64,000 nt of DNA. It comes from Lama guanicoe (taxonomy: Eukaryota). How positions within the stretch are numbered: position 1 is the first letter of the stretch; every line of letters begins with the position of its first letter. The translations under genes were made by a program, and so were the position numbers. The notes beneath the pieces are model-generated. The model did not search any database. It was not told the DNA's origin and saw only the letters and a list, made by a program, of their open reading frames with translations. Location: positions 2,733,589 to 2,797,588 of the forward strand of contig MU053994.1 of assembly GCA_013239625.1 (NCBI GenBank), given 5' to 3'. Positions 1-10,861 of the stretch are shown here, piece after piece.

Positions 1-150
1 TACCAATCAGAGGGGAGAGAACACAGGGTTCTAGTGCAGGAAAAGACAAATCAGGTACTAGACACAGAGTGAATAGGTGACCAAAAAGGGATGAAAAGAT
101 GGAGGGAATGCTCTTCACCAGATTGTAGATGGAGTTAAAAGTAAGCTATA

Positions 151-623
151 CATGCCTAAATGTCCATCAACAGATGACTGGATAAAGAAGATGTGGTATA
201 TTTATACAATGGAATACTACTCAGCCATAAAAACCGACAACATAACACATTTGCAACAACATGGATGATCCTGGAGAATGGCATTCTAAGTGAGTAAGCC
301 AGAAAGAGAAAGGAAAATACTATATGAGATCGCTCATATGTGGAATCTAAAAACAAAAACAAAACCAAAGCATAAATACAAAACAGAAATAGACTCATAG
401 ACATAGAATATAAACTTGTGGTTGCCAAGGGGGCGGGGGGGGGGAACAAGATTATACTGTATAGCACAGGGAAATATATACAAGATCTTATGGTAGCTCA
501 CAGAGAAAAAAATGTGACAATGAATATATGTATGTTCATGTATAACTGAAAAATTGTGCTCTACACTGGAATTTGACACAACATTGTAAAATGATTATAA
601 ATCAATAAAAAATGTTAAAAAAA
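151..623 (+). mobile_element. 5'-truncated young L1 (end of ORF2 + 3'UTR + poly(A))
   Basis: L1 3' motifs (AAATGTCCATCAACAGATGA, ATGGAATACTACTCAGCCATAAAAA), AATAAA then an A-tail. Perfect 14-bp TSD AAAAGTAAGCTATA at 137-150 and 624-637 at a TT/AAAA endonuclease site. Confidence 0.93.
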
Positions 624-982
624 AAAAGTAAGCTATATGTATGCTACCGCAAAGGAAGTTACCTGCAATGCGTTTCTCCTCACACAACGAGTTGAATGTA
701 TATTCTGTGCGTTAGACTTTCCACATCAGAAGTTATACTCTTGCAAAGTGCAACCTCAAACTAGGGGAAGAAAAAAAAAAAAGCTAAGCATTAAAGAACA
801 ATAGACAATGTTATGTTTCTTATATTTAGTATTACTGAAATTATCTATTTGGTTTTCCTTTCCTTTTTTCTGCCCTCTTTCATGGACCAGATAGGTAGGG
901 GTGAATAGTTTTTAAAGACGTTTAGATTTATTGGATGATCACTGTGCCAGATACTGAGCTGGGGGGTCTGTAAATATTGTCA

Positions 983-1078
983 TTTTATTTCTTTATTATT
1001 TAATGCAGGTGCTGGGGATTGAAGCCAGGACCTCGTGCATGCTAAGCATGCGCTCTACCACTGAGCTCTACCCTCCCC
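983..1078 (-). mobile_element. tRNA-Ala-derived SINE (Vic-1-like)
   Basis: Reverse complement reads GGGGAGGGTAGAGCTCAGTGGTAGAGCGCATGCTTAGCATGCACGAGGTCCTGGCTTCAATCCCCAGCACC with A/B boxes and an AGC anticodon loop, followed by an AT-rich tail. Confidence 0.9.
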
Positions 1079-2004
1079 ACAATGCTGTCTATTTTAATCC
1101 TTATGGCAACTGTGGCTGATGCCGATAGCTGCCTACGTAATATCCATTTTGCCCTTTTTCCTTACACCTCTCACGATGCTTGGGCGAGCAGGCAGCTCCT
1201 CTGGCTCCCCCTGGGCAGCGGAGGGGATACTCATAGCATGAAAATAGCCCTGTCCAAAGAATTTTCGTCACAAATCCCTCTTCTTCATGTGGCTCTGGTT
1301 ATGTTCAGGGTTACGGTGTACTCAGGTAAAAAATATCACCTGTCCAGACTTCTTTGTTTGGGGAAGCCTATGACAGAATCTTGGACAATAAGAAGGAAAC
1401 AAGGTTGCTGCTTGGGCAGTCCAGGAGGGTTTACAGTACATAGATCTGGGTTTGTAAGAAAAAACTGGACTGTTTGGAACTCCATTTATCCAATTTTTCA
1501 TGGCCATACATGTGGGCAGACTTACATGTGCAAATTTTGCAAGTGTCTTCAAATCTGGCAATAATTTTTAAATCCAACAATAAACAGGGCAGATCAAACT
1601 CTACCCACAGGTGACTTAATATTGGTCAAAACAGTACCTTTGCCCCTCTATTTACAACACAGAGCCAAGACACGAGGCTAAGCATGGTTCATTTTATGAT
1701 GTGGAATCTTTACAGTAAACAACCTGAGAGCAAGGACATTTTGGAAATAGTGCCTGGGGCTGGTATGCCATTTTAGCCATCCATAAATCTAAACTTTAAT
1801 TAAGCACAACATGGTTGCTTATTTTTTTCATATCCTTTCCCCAAATTCTAGTTCTTGCTTTCTTTTCTTAGTTCTTACTTTAAATTTTACCATAAACAGA
1901 TTTTAATCATAATTTAAACATATGAGGGCCTGGTTTCATTTTTTTAAAAAAACTTCATTATTTTGGTTTTTTTTAAAACTTCATTACTTTTTCAAATTGA
2001 GATA

Positions 2005-2056
2005 TAATTATATTATATTATTATATTATTACATATTATTATATTATATTATATTT
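2005..2056. repeat. (TATTA)n microsatellite
   Basis: Imperfect TATTA pentamer run. Confidence 0.85.
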
Positions 2057-2083
2057 ACTTCAAATGTACCAGGAAAGCTTTTT

Positions 2084-2241
2084 TTTTAATTGAAGCGTCG
2101 TTGGTTTACAATGTTTTCTTAATATCTGGTGTACATCACAGTGATTCAGTTTCATACATATATTCCTTTCAAATTCTTTTTCATTATAGGCTATTACAAG
2201 GTATTGAAAATAATTGTACAGTGAGGTCCTACTATATAGCA
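2084..2241 (-). mobile_element. Short L1 3' end with 5' inversion
   Basis: T-tail and L1 3'UTR on the minus strand, then the adjacent upstream L1 segment (GGTCCTACTATATAGCACAGG) in plus orientation. TSD CAGGAAAGCTTTTT at 2070-2083 and 2242-2255. Confidence 0.8.
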
Positions 2242-2269
2242 CAGGAAAGCTTTTTAAAGGGAGGCCAAC

Positions 2270-2565
2270 TCAGCTAGCTGGTCTCTGGCTTTTTGCCCTT
2301 TGTCCTTCACCATTCTTCCCAGAATACAGATGCGATCATCGGAGATGAAACAACAATCTAAGAGGCATAGAGACAAAAGCCAAGCATGAGTGCACCCAAA
2401 ACTAGGAGAAGCCTGGGTGCTGTTGGCACTACAGAGATATCGTACTGATCCTGAGCTGCCTTCTCCTGAACTTCTTCATTATGGGAGGACAGTGTACTCC
2501 TACTTGGTTGAATCTCTGTGGTTAAGCTTCTATTCTGTGCAGCTAAATACATGGTAACTGATAGA
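2270..2565 (+). mobile_element. MaLR LTR fragment (MLT1-like)
   Basis: MLT1-type 3' end (...CTATTCTGTGCAGCTAAATACATGGTAACTGATA), heavily diverged. Confidence 0.55.
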
Positions 2566-3140
2566 GTTGTATGCTAAAGTTAACCTTTCAAAAATTGGGA
2601 AATTTACCATGCACAGAATGATTAATACTCATACGTAGGATTTAGCAATAGAGTAAAAGAAGTTTACCATTGCTTCCTCCTGGACCCTACTCCACTCTCC
2701 TCCCCCAGAGGAGAAAACCACCCAGACTTGTCGCAGTATTTTTCCAAGGTTGTTGTTAATCCCTTTTAAAAATTAATCTTTTGTTCTATTTTTTTTTTTA
2801 AGGAATGAGTTCTCTCCCCCAAAGTCCATAATGACAATACACAAGATTTTTTTTTAAAAGCAAAACTCCACAGGGACAAAGAGATTGGGAAAGAAAACAA
2901 CAACAAAATTTTAAAAGCAAGAAAGCAGTTGGACAAGTAGTTACTGACCCGGCAGAACGGAATAGGCTGACTCCTAAGTTTTGAAAGGAGGTTAGGGAGA
3001 CCAAGAAGCAAGCTCATTTCTGCTCTGAAACTCCAGAAAGATTCAGGCTTTGGAGGCAACCCATACCTCTGAAAGTGGGTGTAACTGGGGCTAGAAAACA
3101 AGAAGTTTCACTGAAAGTAAGAAGTTTCACTGAAAGTGGG

Positions 3141-3755
3141 TGTATTAATCAGGATCTAGTCAGGAGACAGATACCACTCCAATTATTTGAACAGAAGGGA
3201 TTTAATATAAAGAATTATTAACGAGGCATAAAGTTATTAACTAGGTAACTGAAAGGATAAAAAGAGAACTCTAAGGTATCACGGAGGCAGTAACTACAGG
3301 AAGCAGCTACCACTCCCAGGGCTGGGGGCAGGGAAAGGAAAAAGGATGGAGTTATTAGAACCTAGAAGTTTGGAGGAGGATCCAACGGGGCTGGAACCCA
3401 GACCCCTGAGAAGGGATTGCTGCTCAGCTAGTGCTGGTGTCTCTGCTGTGGGGGTATGATGGGGCTGGTTCTGTGAGTGTTGGAAAAACTGCAGACTGAC
3501 TCCTGTCACTGCAGGAACTGCTGCTGGAGTGAGGCGTTGCTGGGTGTGGCTTACGGCACTAGGAAGACAACCGGAAGTAGCTTATTCCTTCTTTTCCCAG
3601 CCTTCCAGTTTCCCTCTGTTGCCCTCTATGGGAAGAGCCTAACAAGGAACAGCTGGCAAAATCACTGCGGTTTGCAGCATCCCCAACCCAGCATCGCAAA
3701 GCCGAATACAGGAAGGCTGGGCTCAGAGCTAGGAGACAATAACATGATAACTGGA
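3141..3755 (-). mobile_element. ERVL-class solo LTR (old eutherian family)
   Basis: Starts TGTATTAATCAGGATCTAGTCAGGAGACAGA, a typical ERVL LTR end in reverse, and interrupts the HAL1-like element. Confidence 0.6.
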
Positions 3756-4834
3756 AGGGTTGGTATTAGGAGCAAGTTTAAACCCACATCTTCAACCTCA
3801 GGAAAGCAACTTCCACTGCAGCTGAATACTGAGGTATATTCTCTGGAGGGGAGAGGGTCTCTGGACTGGGGGACGTTAAGCATTGTTTAGAGTGGGATCC
3901 TATATTGAAAATAGGGATTAAGTGAAGACTTAGTGAAGATCAGGACCTCAGCCCTCTTCTCCCAAATGACCTCCACTGAGTGTCAGACATATATTCTCCG
4001 GGCAGGAGACTGAAAGTTTCTTCTCTGAAAACCTGACAGCCCAAGACAAAAGACCGAACTATCCTGATATTTAGATTACAGTGAAATCTATAATCAGTAA
4101 ACTCCACCAAGCTCTCATCTAGCCAGGTTTTTAGATTATAATCTTAAATGTGAGAAGATAGCCTAGGACTACCAGACATCTTAGGAAACTCTCTAAGGTA
4201 CAAGAGAGAGGCCAAAACATTGAGAAAGAAGAACTTGGAGGAAAGTGAGACTATGCTGAGACATATCGTCTTTGATGTCTAATAATTTCTGAAAATAAGA
4301 GAAGATAATGTGACCAAATAAAAAGAAAACATTAAGAGAATAGGAAAGAATCCTTCGAAATTAAAAATAGGATAGCAGAAATGAAAACTCAATAGGAGGA
4401 TTGGAAGTTAAAGTTGAGGAAATCTCCCAGAATATGGAGCAAAAAGTCATGTGGAAAAAGAGGAGATAAAAGATTTTTAAAAAAATCCTTGGGTCAGGTG
4501 AGAAGTCTAACATGTGAAAAACATGAGTTCCAGGGTAAGAATACATGGAAAATGGAAGAGTAGAAATCAAAAAAGAGATAATTCAAGAAAATTTCTCTGA
4601 GTTGAAGGATATATTTCCTGGTTGAAAGGGTCCACTGTGTGTGAGTTGAGAAAAAAACCCAAAAACTATACCATGGCACATAATCATGAAATTTTAGGAT
4701 ACAGGAGGCAAAGAAAATATTCTATGAGCTGCAGGGGAAAAATTAGTTACACCAGGCAGGTGCCAACCTCAGGAAACTTTGTTAGCAACCTCAACCTACT
4801 GCTCAAGTACTCTGGCAATAATTAGATGCAACTA

Positions 4835-5065
4835 TAATAAATAGCTACCATTTGTTAACAATGATAAAGACCAAAGACCTTACAAATGTTATCTCCTTTA
4901 ATTTTATAACCATCCAACAAATGAGATAATCCTATCCCCATTTTAAAGATGAGTAAATAGGAGCTCTTGGAGGTATGTCACTTGAATAAGTCCCCACAGC
5001 TGTTAGGAATTAATAACAGCAATAGCTAACATATATTTAATGCTTTCTATGTGCCAGACTCCATG
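4835..5065 (-). mobile_element. MIR SINE fragments
   Basis: MIR core ATCCCCATTTTAAAGATGAG...; AATAGCTAACATATATTTAATGCTTTCTATGTGCCAG. Confidence 0.7.
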
Positions 5066-5066
5066 C

Positions 5067-5560
5067 TGTAACAGACATTGTTGGTTGCCTAGCAAACAGC
5101 TATCCCATCCCTCCCTTACCTGCTAACAGAATCTTCATTTTGTTCAGATAACTCTTTCTCAGGAAAAGGGACATTTATCTCCAGCATGACTGTGCCAGTC
5201 AATCAGAGGGATCCTATTTCCCTTTGTCAGTGATCGAATTAAAGGCAGGCTGTGACCCAGTTCTCGCCAAAGATGTGGGAAGGAATATCAGTGAGGAATT
5301 TCTGGGAAAGGTTTTCTCATTTTTAAAAAAGACACAAAAGAAAGAGATGACTCTCTTCTGCTGCTGCATATGGTAGTATCTGGATGCAACACCTGGACCT
5401 GTGGCAGCCATTTTATGACCATGAAGGGGAGGAAGCCTAGGAAAGCCTGCAATTTGATGTTGGAAGTACATAAAGCTGGAAAGAACTAAAGCAATCCTGA
5501 AACTTCCCTACTTTTCAACTTCTTGTTATGCGAGATAATAAATTTTCCTTATTATTTCAG
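5067..5560 (+). mobile_element. MaLR LTR (MLT1-like)
   Basis: TGTAACAGACATTGTTGGTTGCC start, GCAGCCATTTTATGACCATGA, and ...AGATAATAAATTTTCCTTATT. Confidence 0.65.
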
Positions 5561-6749
5561 GAAAAAAATAGATACATAGAATCATGTGTCAGAATGGGTC
5601 TGAAATTCTCAGCAGCAACATTTGGAACCTAGAAGACAATGGAGCCTTTAAAATGCCAAGGAAAATGAATTCCAACCTAGAATTCTGTACTTGCAAAGCA
5701 ATCAATTAATGTGGGGATAAATTAAAGACATTTTCAGACATGCAAAGTCTCAAAAAATTTACCTCCCATGCACCCAACTCTCAGAAGCTACAGGAACTGC
5801 TCCATCAAAACAAGGGACTGAACCAAGAAAGAGAAAGACACAGGGTCCAGGAAACAGGGGGTGTAATTGAAGAGAGAGGTGCTAGGAGCTCCCAGGATGA
5901 AAGTGAAACTCCAGGACAGCAGCTGAGCCCCAGGAGTAGAGGGCAATCAATACAGATGCGAACGAGTCTCATCTCCAGGACATGTCCAGGAAAGAGTTCT
6001 TCAAGAAGATGGAACTGATGGAATACTTGATGCATTTGAACATACTGAAAGGAGATTAAGACAACAAAGAAAGACTGGGGATGGATTCATTCAAAGTATG
6101 TAGGAAACGACACAAATTAGAAAACCAGACAACTATTAATTCTAGGAAAAAGAAAATGCTGAGCAAGCAAGGAAAAGTAATCGTGGGCTACTACATAGCT
6201 TAGCCATGAATTACGTTTACATATCGTAACAATGTAAAGAATGAATATTGGTTCAAACAAATTAGGATACATCTATATTGGGAGGCTGGGGGAATGGAAA
6301 GTGTGGCTGTATGTGGTAAACAAGGAGAGGGGGAGTTCGTGAAAGGGCAAACATCTTCATTTTCCAAATTGAGAGTCAACAGATAATTCCTACACTGCAC
6401 AAAGCAAGAGTTGTCGCCATAAGCATGTTATTTAGTGACGTGGAGGGAAATACCAAAAGAAACAGCAGGGGAGCAAATGGTTGCCTCTGGAGAGTGGGAA
6501 ATTGATGTGATGGTACAGAGGACTGTTCTCTTTGTCATTATTAGCCTTGTAGACCTGACGGTTTAGGAGTTGGAATAACTTAAGTAAAAATAAAAACTAG
6601 ATTTAAAACATAAGAAACTCTCTGAAAAATATTTTAAGAAAAGGAACCATTTATTAACTCTGAGGTACATAAGAGTTATTCAAGAAAGGAAAGAACATGA
6701 AATGTGCTCAGCTGTGAGTACCAGTTACATAATGTGCTAACAATGTTCT

Positions 6750-7216
6750 CCTCACCTTCCAGAACCATCTATCCTTCAACACCTGCTCTCTGCCCAGGAG
6801 GTGGACCTCTGTGGATTCCAATATAGGATCCCACTCTCAATGGGCTCCTGTGCTCTTTGGTTTCCAGGTGGGTTTTGCTCCAGGAGAGCCTCAGCAGGAC
6901 AACAGAGGGAGGGAGGAGGACGGGTGAGGGGTATGTATTTCCTGGCTGTCTTCCTAGCGTGGTCATCTCAGGCTGGCTCCACGCTTTCACAATGGTGCCA
7001 GCTGTGATCAGGCGGCTCTCTCTACACACAGCCCTCAGCCTCCAGGTTCTTTGGGACCTAGGGATGGTCATGGAGCCCCCATAGTTCTACCAGCCCTGTC
7101 TCTAGTGGTTTCCCTATACCCTGCCCACACTTTTACAAATGGTCCCATATTAAACTCTTCTCAAATTCCCCAGTCTGAGTGTGCCACCTGGTCCTTGCTA
7201 GGACCCTGACTGATAC
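6750..7216 (+). mobile_element. ERVL LTR16-family solo LTR
   Basis: ATTAAACTCTTCTCAAATT...GTGCCACCTG...GGACCCTGACTGATACA 3' end. Homologous to 20555-20987 and 31655-32090. Confidence 0.65.
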
Positions 7217-7847
7217 ATACAACATAATAATATAAACAATGAATATTGACTTAATAAAATAATTTCATGATATATTGAGAGGTAAGGAGGGGAAATATGT
7301 GCATATTTGGAGAAGGTGCATGGAAGGGAGCTAAATCCACATTTTCCATAAGAGGAAAAATGGATTATATCTAAAAGAAAAAAACATTAAGAAATAGAAG
7401 GGTATTCATATTATTTAGAAATATGGAAGTAAATCTCAGAAGAAATAGCAAAAAAAAAACAAAACCGAGCTGAAACGAAGAGCTTTCTGATCTATTATTT
7501 GAATATCTCAGGAATAGCTTTTAACACTGTGTTCTGGGGACTGTGGTTCGAGACCCATTAGCAGGATTTGAAATTGATTTCATATCAGTCAATCCTTTTA
7601 GTAATTAGAACAGAGTAGAAATTATCAGCCTTTTCCACAAAGAGTGAGAGTAAATATGGTTTTAAGCGGTTCAGTTTTCTATTTCTGCGTGTGTGATATC
7701 AAATGTATTTGAGTTGGGCTCAGAAAAGCTTGAAAGTCACTGTTCTAAAAGACAGAATGGTGGCTGGGGACAGGGCAGAGAAGTAAATGTCCTAACCAAA
7801 TGGAGTTGGCGGGGTATGCTATTCTCTGTGGACGCAGTTACATTTTG
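7046..7847 (+). repeat. Inverted repeat arm 1 (donor of duplicated segment)
   Basis: Reverse complement of 10890-11696 at about 95% identity (hand count). Spans an LTR end, a HAL1-like fragment, a hAT MITE and unique DNA. Confidence 0.95.
7524..7746. mobile_element. hAT-Charlie-type non-autonomous DNA element
   Basis: Degenerate terminal inverted repeats and an internal GACCCATTAG...TGAAATTGATTT motif. Confidence 0.5.
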
Positions 7848-8654
7848 AGTGGCTGACGGGAGTAATAATTCACTGCACTTGTGCGGGGCCCTGCAGGGTC
7901 ACAGTTCCACATCAGCTCTTATTTCATTCTCCCTGCACATTGTAATGTTCTTGGCTCAACAGCTAATAAGGAAATAAATTCAGAGCCTCTCTGTTGGAAC
8001 GATAGATTGCTTTATCCCAGAAGCCACTACCTACAAAGAAGCAGAATTGTTCGAGATGGGGCGGGGGGAACACCACAATAGGCCTCTCAAGCAAGAATAA
8101 AAATTACATCCAGTGCAGTAGGAAATGGAGTGGAAATCCAGACCTCGCTGCAATTAACTGATACTTAAGGTACCAGCCAGGTGATTCAGGGCTTAAGCTA
8201 ACAATTCCTAGAACGTAAAACCAAAAACACCATCTCATAGGACTAAACATTTAACTCTCCTTTTGTTAGATGCAAAATGAGGTCCAGACTGGGGGAATAA
8301 ATGGGAAAAGTGTACTGTTTTCAATCTAGCAAAGAAGTAAGTTGAAATTAAATCTTCATGACAGTACCATATTTATTATACCTAGTTGAAACTCTACATA
8401 ATTATGGTATTCCTACTCTATTTCTTCTCTAATTTATGTAAATATACGAATATATACGTTGGGAGGAAAACGAGGCTCTAAATCCCAATTTTTCCACCAA
8501 CTTGTATAAAGTGAGTAACAGGTGACAGAAAAAAATCAATCAGCGCCACACACCAGAATGTCCAGCCGTTTGTGTTCCTCAGAGTTCTAAACACAAAGGA
8601 CAAGTGCAAAATTTCTGATCATGAGAATAAACCCTGATAAATGCTTTCAAGTCT

Positions 8655-8655
8655 G

Positions 8656-8684
<29 letters not shown>
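8655..8684. repeat. (TC)n(TA)n compound microsatellite
   Basis: Direct read. Confidence 0.9.
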
Positions 8685-8689
<5 letters not shown>

Positions 8690-9029
8690 CACTTATTTAT
8701 TTACTGTAACAACTAGTTGTGAATGGACCGTCAATGAAAAGGTGGCCCTTACAGAACAGCTTTTTAATTCATTGGTATATTCAGGTCTGTGTGACAGTGT
8801 GAAGGTCAAAGCAAGTCTGAGGGGATGTCCCCAGAGCTCTGGTTTCAGGAGAACATCCCTACTCCACCTGAGAATACAGAGCAGCGAGAAGCCTGTGCTC
8901 ACCCATGTCATCACTTCCTCTTTCCTCAGAGCGTAATACTGGACTGAAAAGGGTGAAATGAAGGCTGCTTCTCCACCCCGCAGGATTATATGTCCAGCAG
9001 CATATATGGCGTGTTTCCCGTCCACTCAC

Positions 9030-9146
9030 CTCTGCGCCAGTCACCATAAAGAGCCAAACGAAGGAGGAGATGGGATTCTGCTCTCGAGGGGATGTCGGTC
9101 CTGTTGGGTACTCATGAGACAAAGAGAGCGTGATGTCAGATGGCAT
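9030..9146 (-). other. Candidate 117-bp exon (probably non-coding; unverified)
   Basis: Minus strand has a pyrimidine-rich acceptor ...CATGTCTTTATCAG| and a consensus donor GAG|GTGAGT, with locally elevated CpG. No protein similarity recognised. Confidence 0.3.
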
Positions 9147-10715
9147 CTGATAAAGACATGAGTTGTGAGGATGGAGAAATAAGTCCAGTGAGAGAGATCT
9201 GTGTCCCTGATGCCCTGCTCTGGCTGGTCTGGAGAAGTCATGCTTGCTTTGAGTGGGCTGTTGACTAGAGCAAGGCTCTTATTTTCTACAGTGGACTTGA
9301 CTGGGCCACCAACTGAACCCAAGGTCCAACATGCACTTTGGAGCCCATCACTGAAACCCATCAACCTTCGAGCTAATCCGCTCAGCATCTCAAAAATCCC
9401 AGATGCCCGTCTGCCTTAAGCTGCCATTTACCTCCTGATAAGCTATCAAAAGCTGGGTTACAAGAAGTGGGTGTCAGGAAAACCAAGTCCCACAGACAGC
9501 CCACGGGGCCGGCCCACCTTCTGCCTGAAGCGGCCAGGCAGTGAAAGGGTAACAGAGAACCACACAGCCGGTAGGTGCATCAGGCAGCTTCTTTGGTGCG
9601 AACAACATCCATTCTGATCAGTTAAACCAAAAGGGACATATTGAGGGGTCTTAGGGGAGCTCACAGGGTCTCCAGGGTGGTGAGAGAATCAGGCTTGTAA
9701 GCTGGAACTGTGCCACCAGACTGCTCCCGCTGCTGGGCCTGAACAGCACTGCTCACATGGCCAGTGCCGGTCCCACTAGGACTTCGGCCACTGCTGTCCT
9801 GAAAGCTGGAAGTCTCTCCTTCAGGTTCTGCCATCCTCGCAGGAATGGAATCTGTGCCATGCCTCTGCCTTCACTCTCTTCCAAATCATAGGGTCTCGTA
9901 GGAGCATCGTTGTATACCCACACCCTGGCTGCAAGTCAGTCTGAGAAAGCAAGTTTCTGCCTTCTGCCTCGGGAGGCAAAATGTACAAAGTCTTCTTAAC
10001 ATAGAAGGGATGTGCAGAGGTGCCAGGCAGCTAAAAGGCATGGGAAAAATGTTCATTTGTTAAGTGAGCCCAAGGCAGAATGTACACAGAGTTCCAGTCC
10101 CACATTGTTGACGTCTCTCTGCACTGCCTCAGTGACCTTTGCAATCTGGCATTTCCCACCCATTAGAAGAACACAGTAACTCTCTTCTTGATCTTTCAAG
10201 GTCATGGGATGTTTGCGCTGGTGGGGTGACCCAAGGCGGCAGCAGCAGCAGCGAGCAAGGGCTAAAGTAGACACGTGGCTTAGGAAGTGCCTCCTGACAC
10301 ACATACACACACCACCAGTGATGTTCTGTGTGTGTCACTGAGGAAAATCCCGGATCGCAATTCAGATGCTCATTTGCCCAATAAAACCACGCACTAAAAT
10401 AGGACTTCAGTTTCCTTTTCAAACTAGAACATAAGGTCTCCGCAAGGATTAGGGGTTGTATTAGTTTCCTGTGGCTATTTTAACGAATGACCACAAACTT
10501 GATGTCTTAAAATAACACACATTTATTCTCTCATAGTTCTGGAAGCCGGAAGTCTCTAATCAGTATCACTGGGCCAAAATCAAGATGTTGGCAGGGCCCC
10601 ACTCCCTCCAGAGGCTCTAGGAGAGTCCATGCCTTGTCTCTTCCTGCTCCTGAGGCTGCCGGCCTTCCTTGGCTCATGGCCACATCACTACAATTTCTGC
10701 CTCCATCTTCACATC

Positions 10716-10718
<3 letters not shown>

Positions 10719-10754
<36 letters not shown>
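10719..10754. repeat. (TG)n microsatellite
   Basis: About 17 TG units. Confidence 0.95.
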
Positions 10755-10755
<1 letters not shown>

Positions 10756-10861
10756 GTGAAATTTCCCTTTGCCTCTCCTTCTTATAAGGATAAATATGAT
10801 TGCATTTAGGGCCCACCTGGATAATCTAGTATAATCTCTCCATTTCAAAATCCTTAACTTA

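Larger units (their letters stand above)
2830..6620 (+). mobile_element. Old HAL1/L1ME-like element (ORF1-type remnant), interrupted by LTR, MIR and MLT1 insertions
   Basis: A-rich decayed ORF1-like tracts at 4200-4745 and 5580-5830 (AATTCCAACCTAGAATTCTGTAC, AAAGACATTTTCAGACATGCAA). HAL1-like 3' end at 6440-6600 (AAATGGTTGCCTCTGGAGAG). No ORF2 sequence seen. Confidence 0.6.

Noticed and set aside
1082..1564. Longest ORF in the track (160 aa)
   Set aside because: No recognisable domain; it runs across probable old repeat fragments and is of a length expected by chance.
6180..7480. Local duplication between 6180-6480 and 7220-7480
   Set aside because: The similarity is weak and is explained by two separate HAL1-like 3' fragments.
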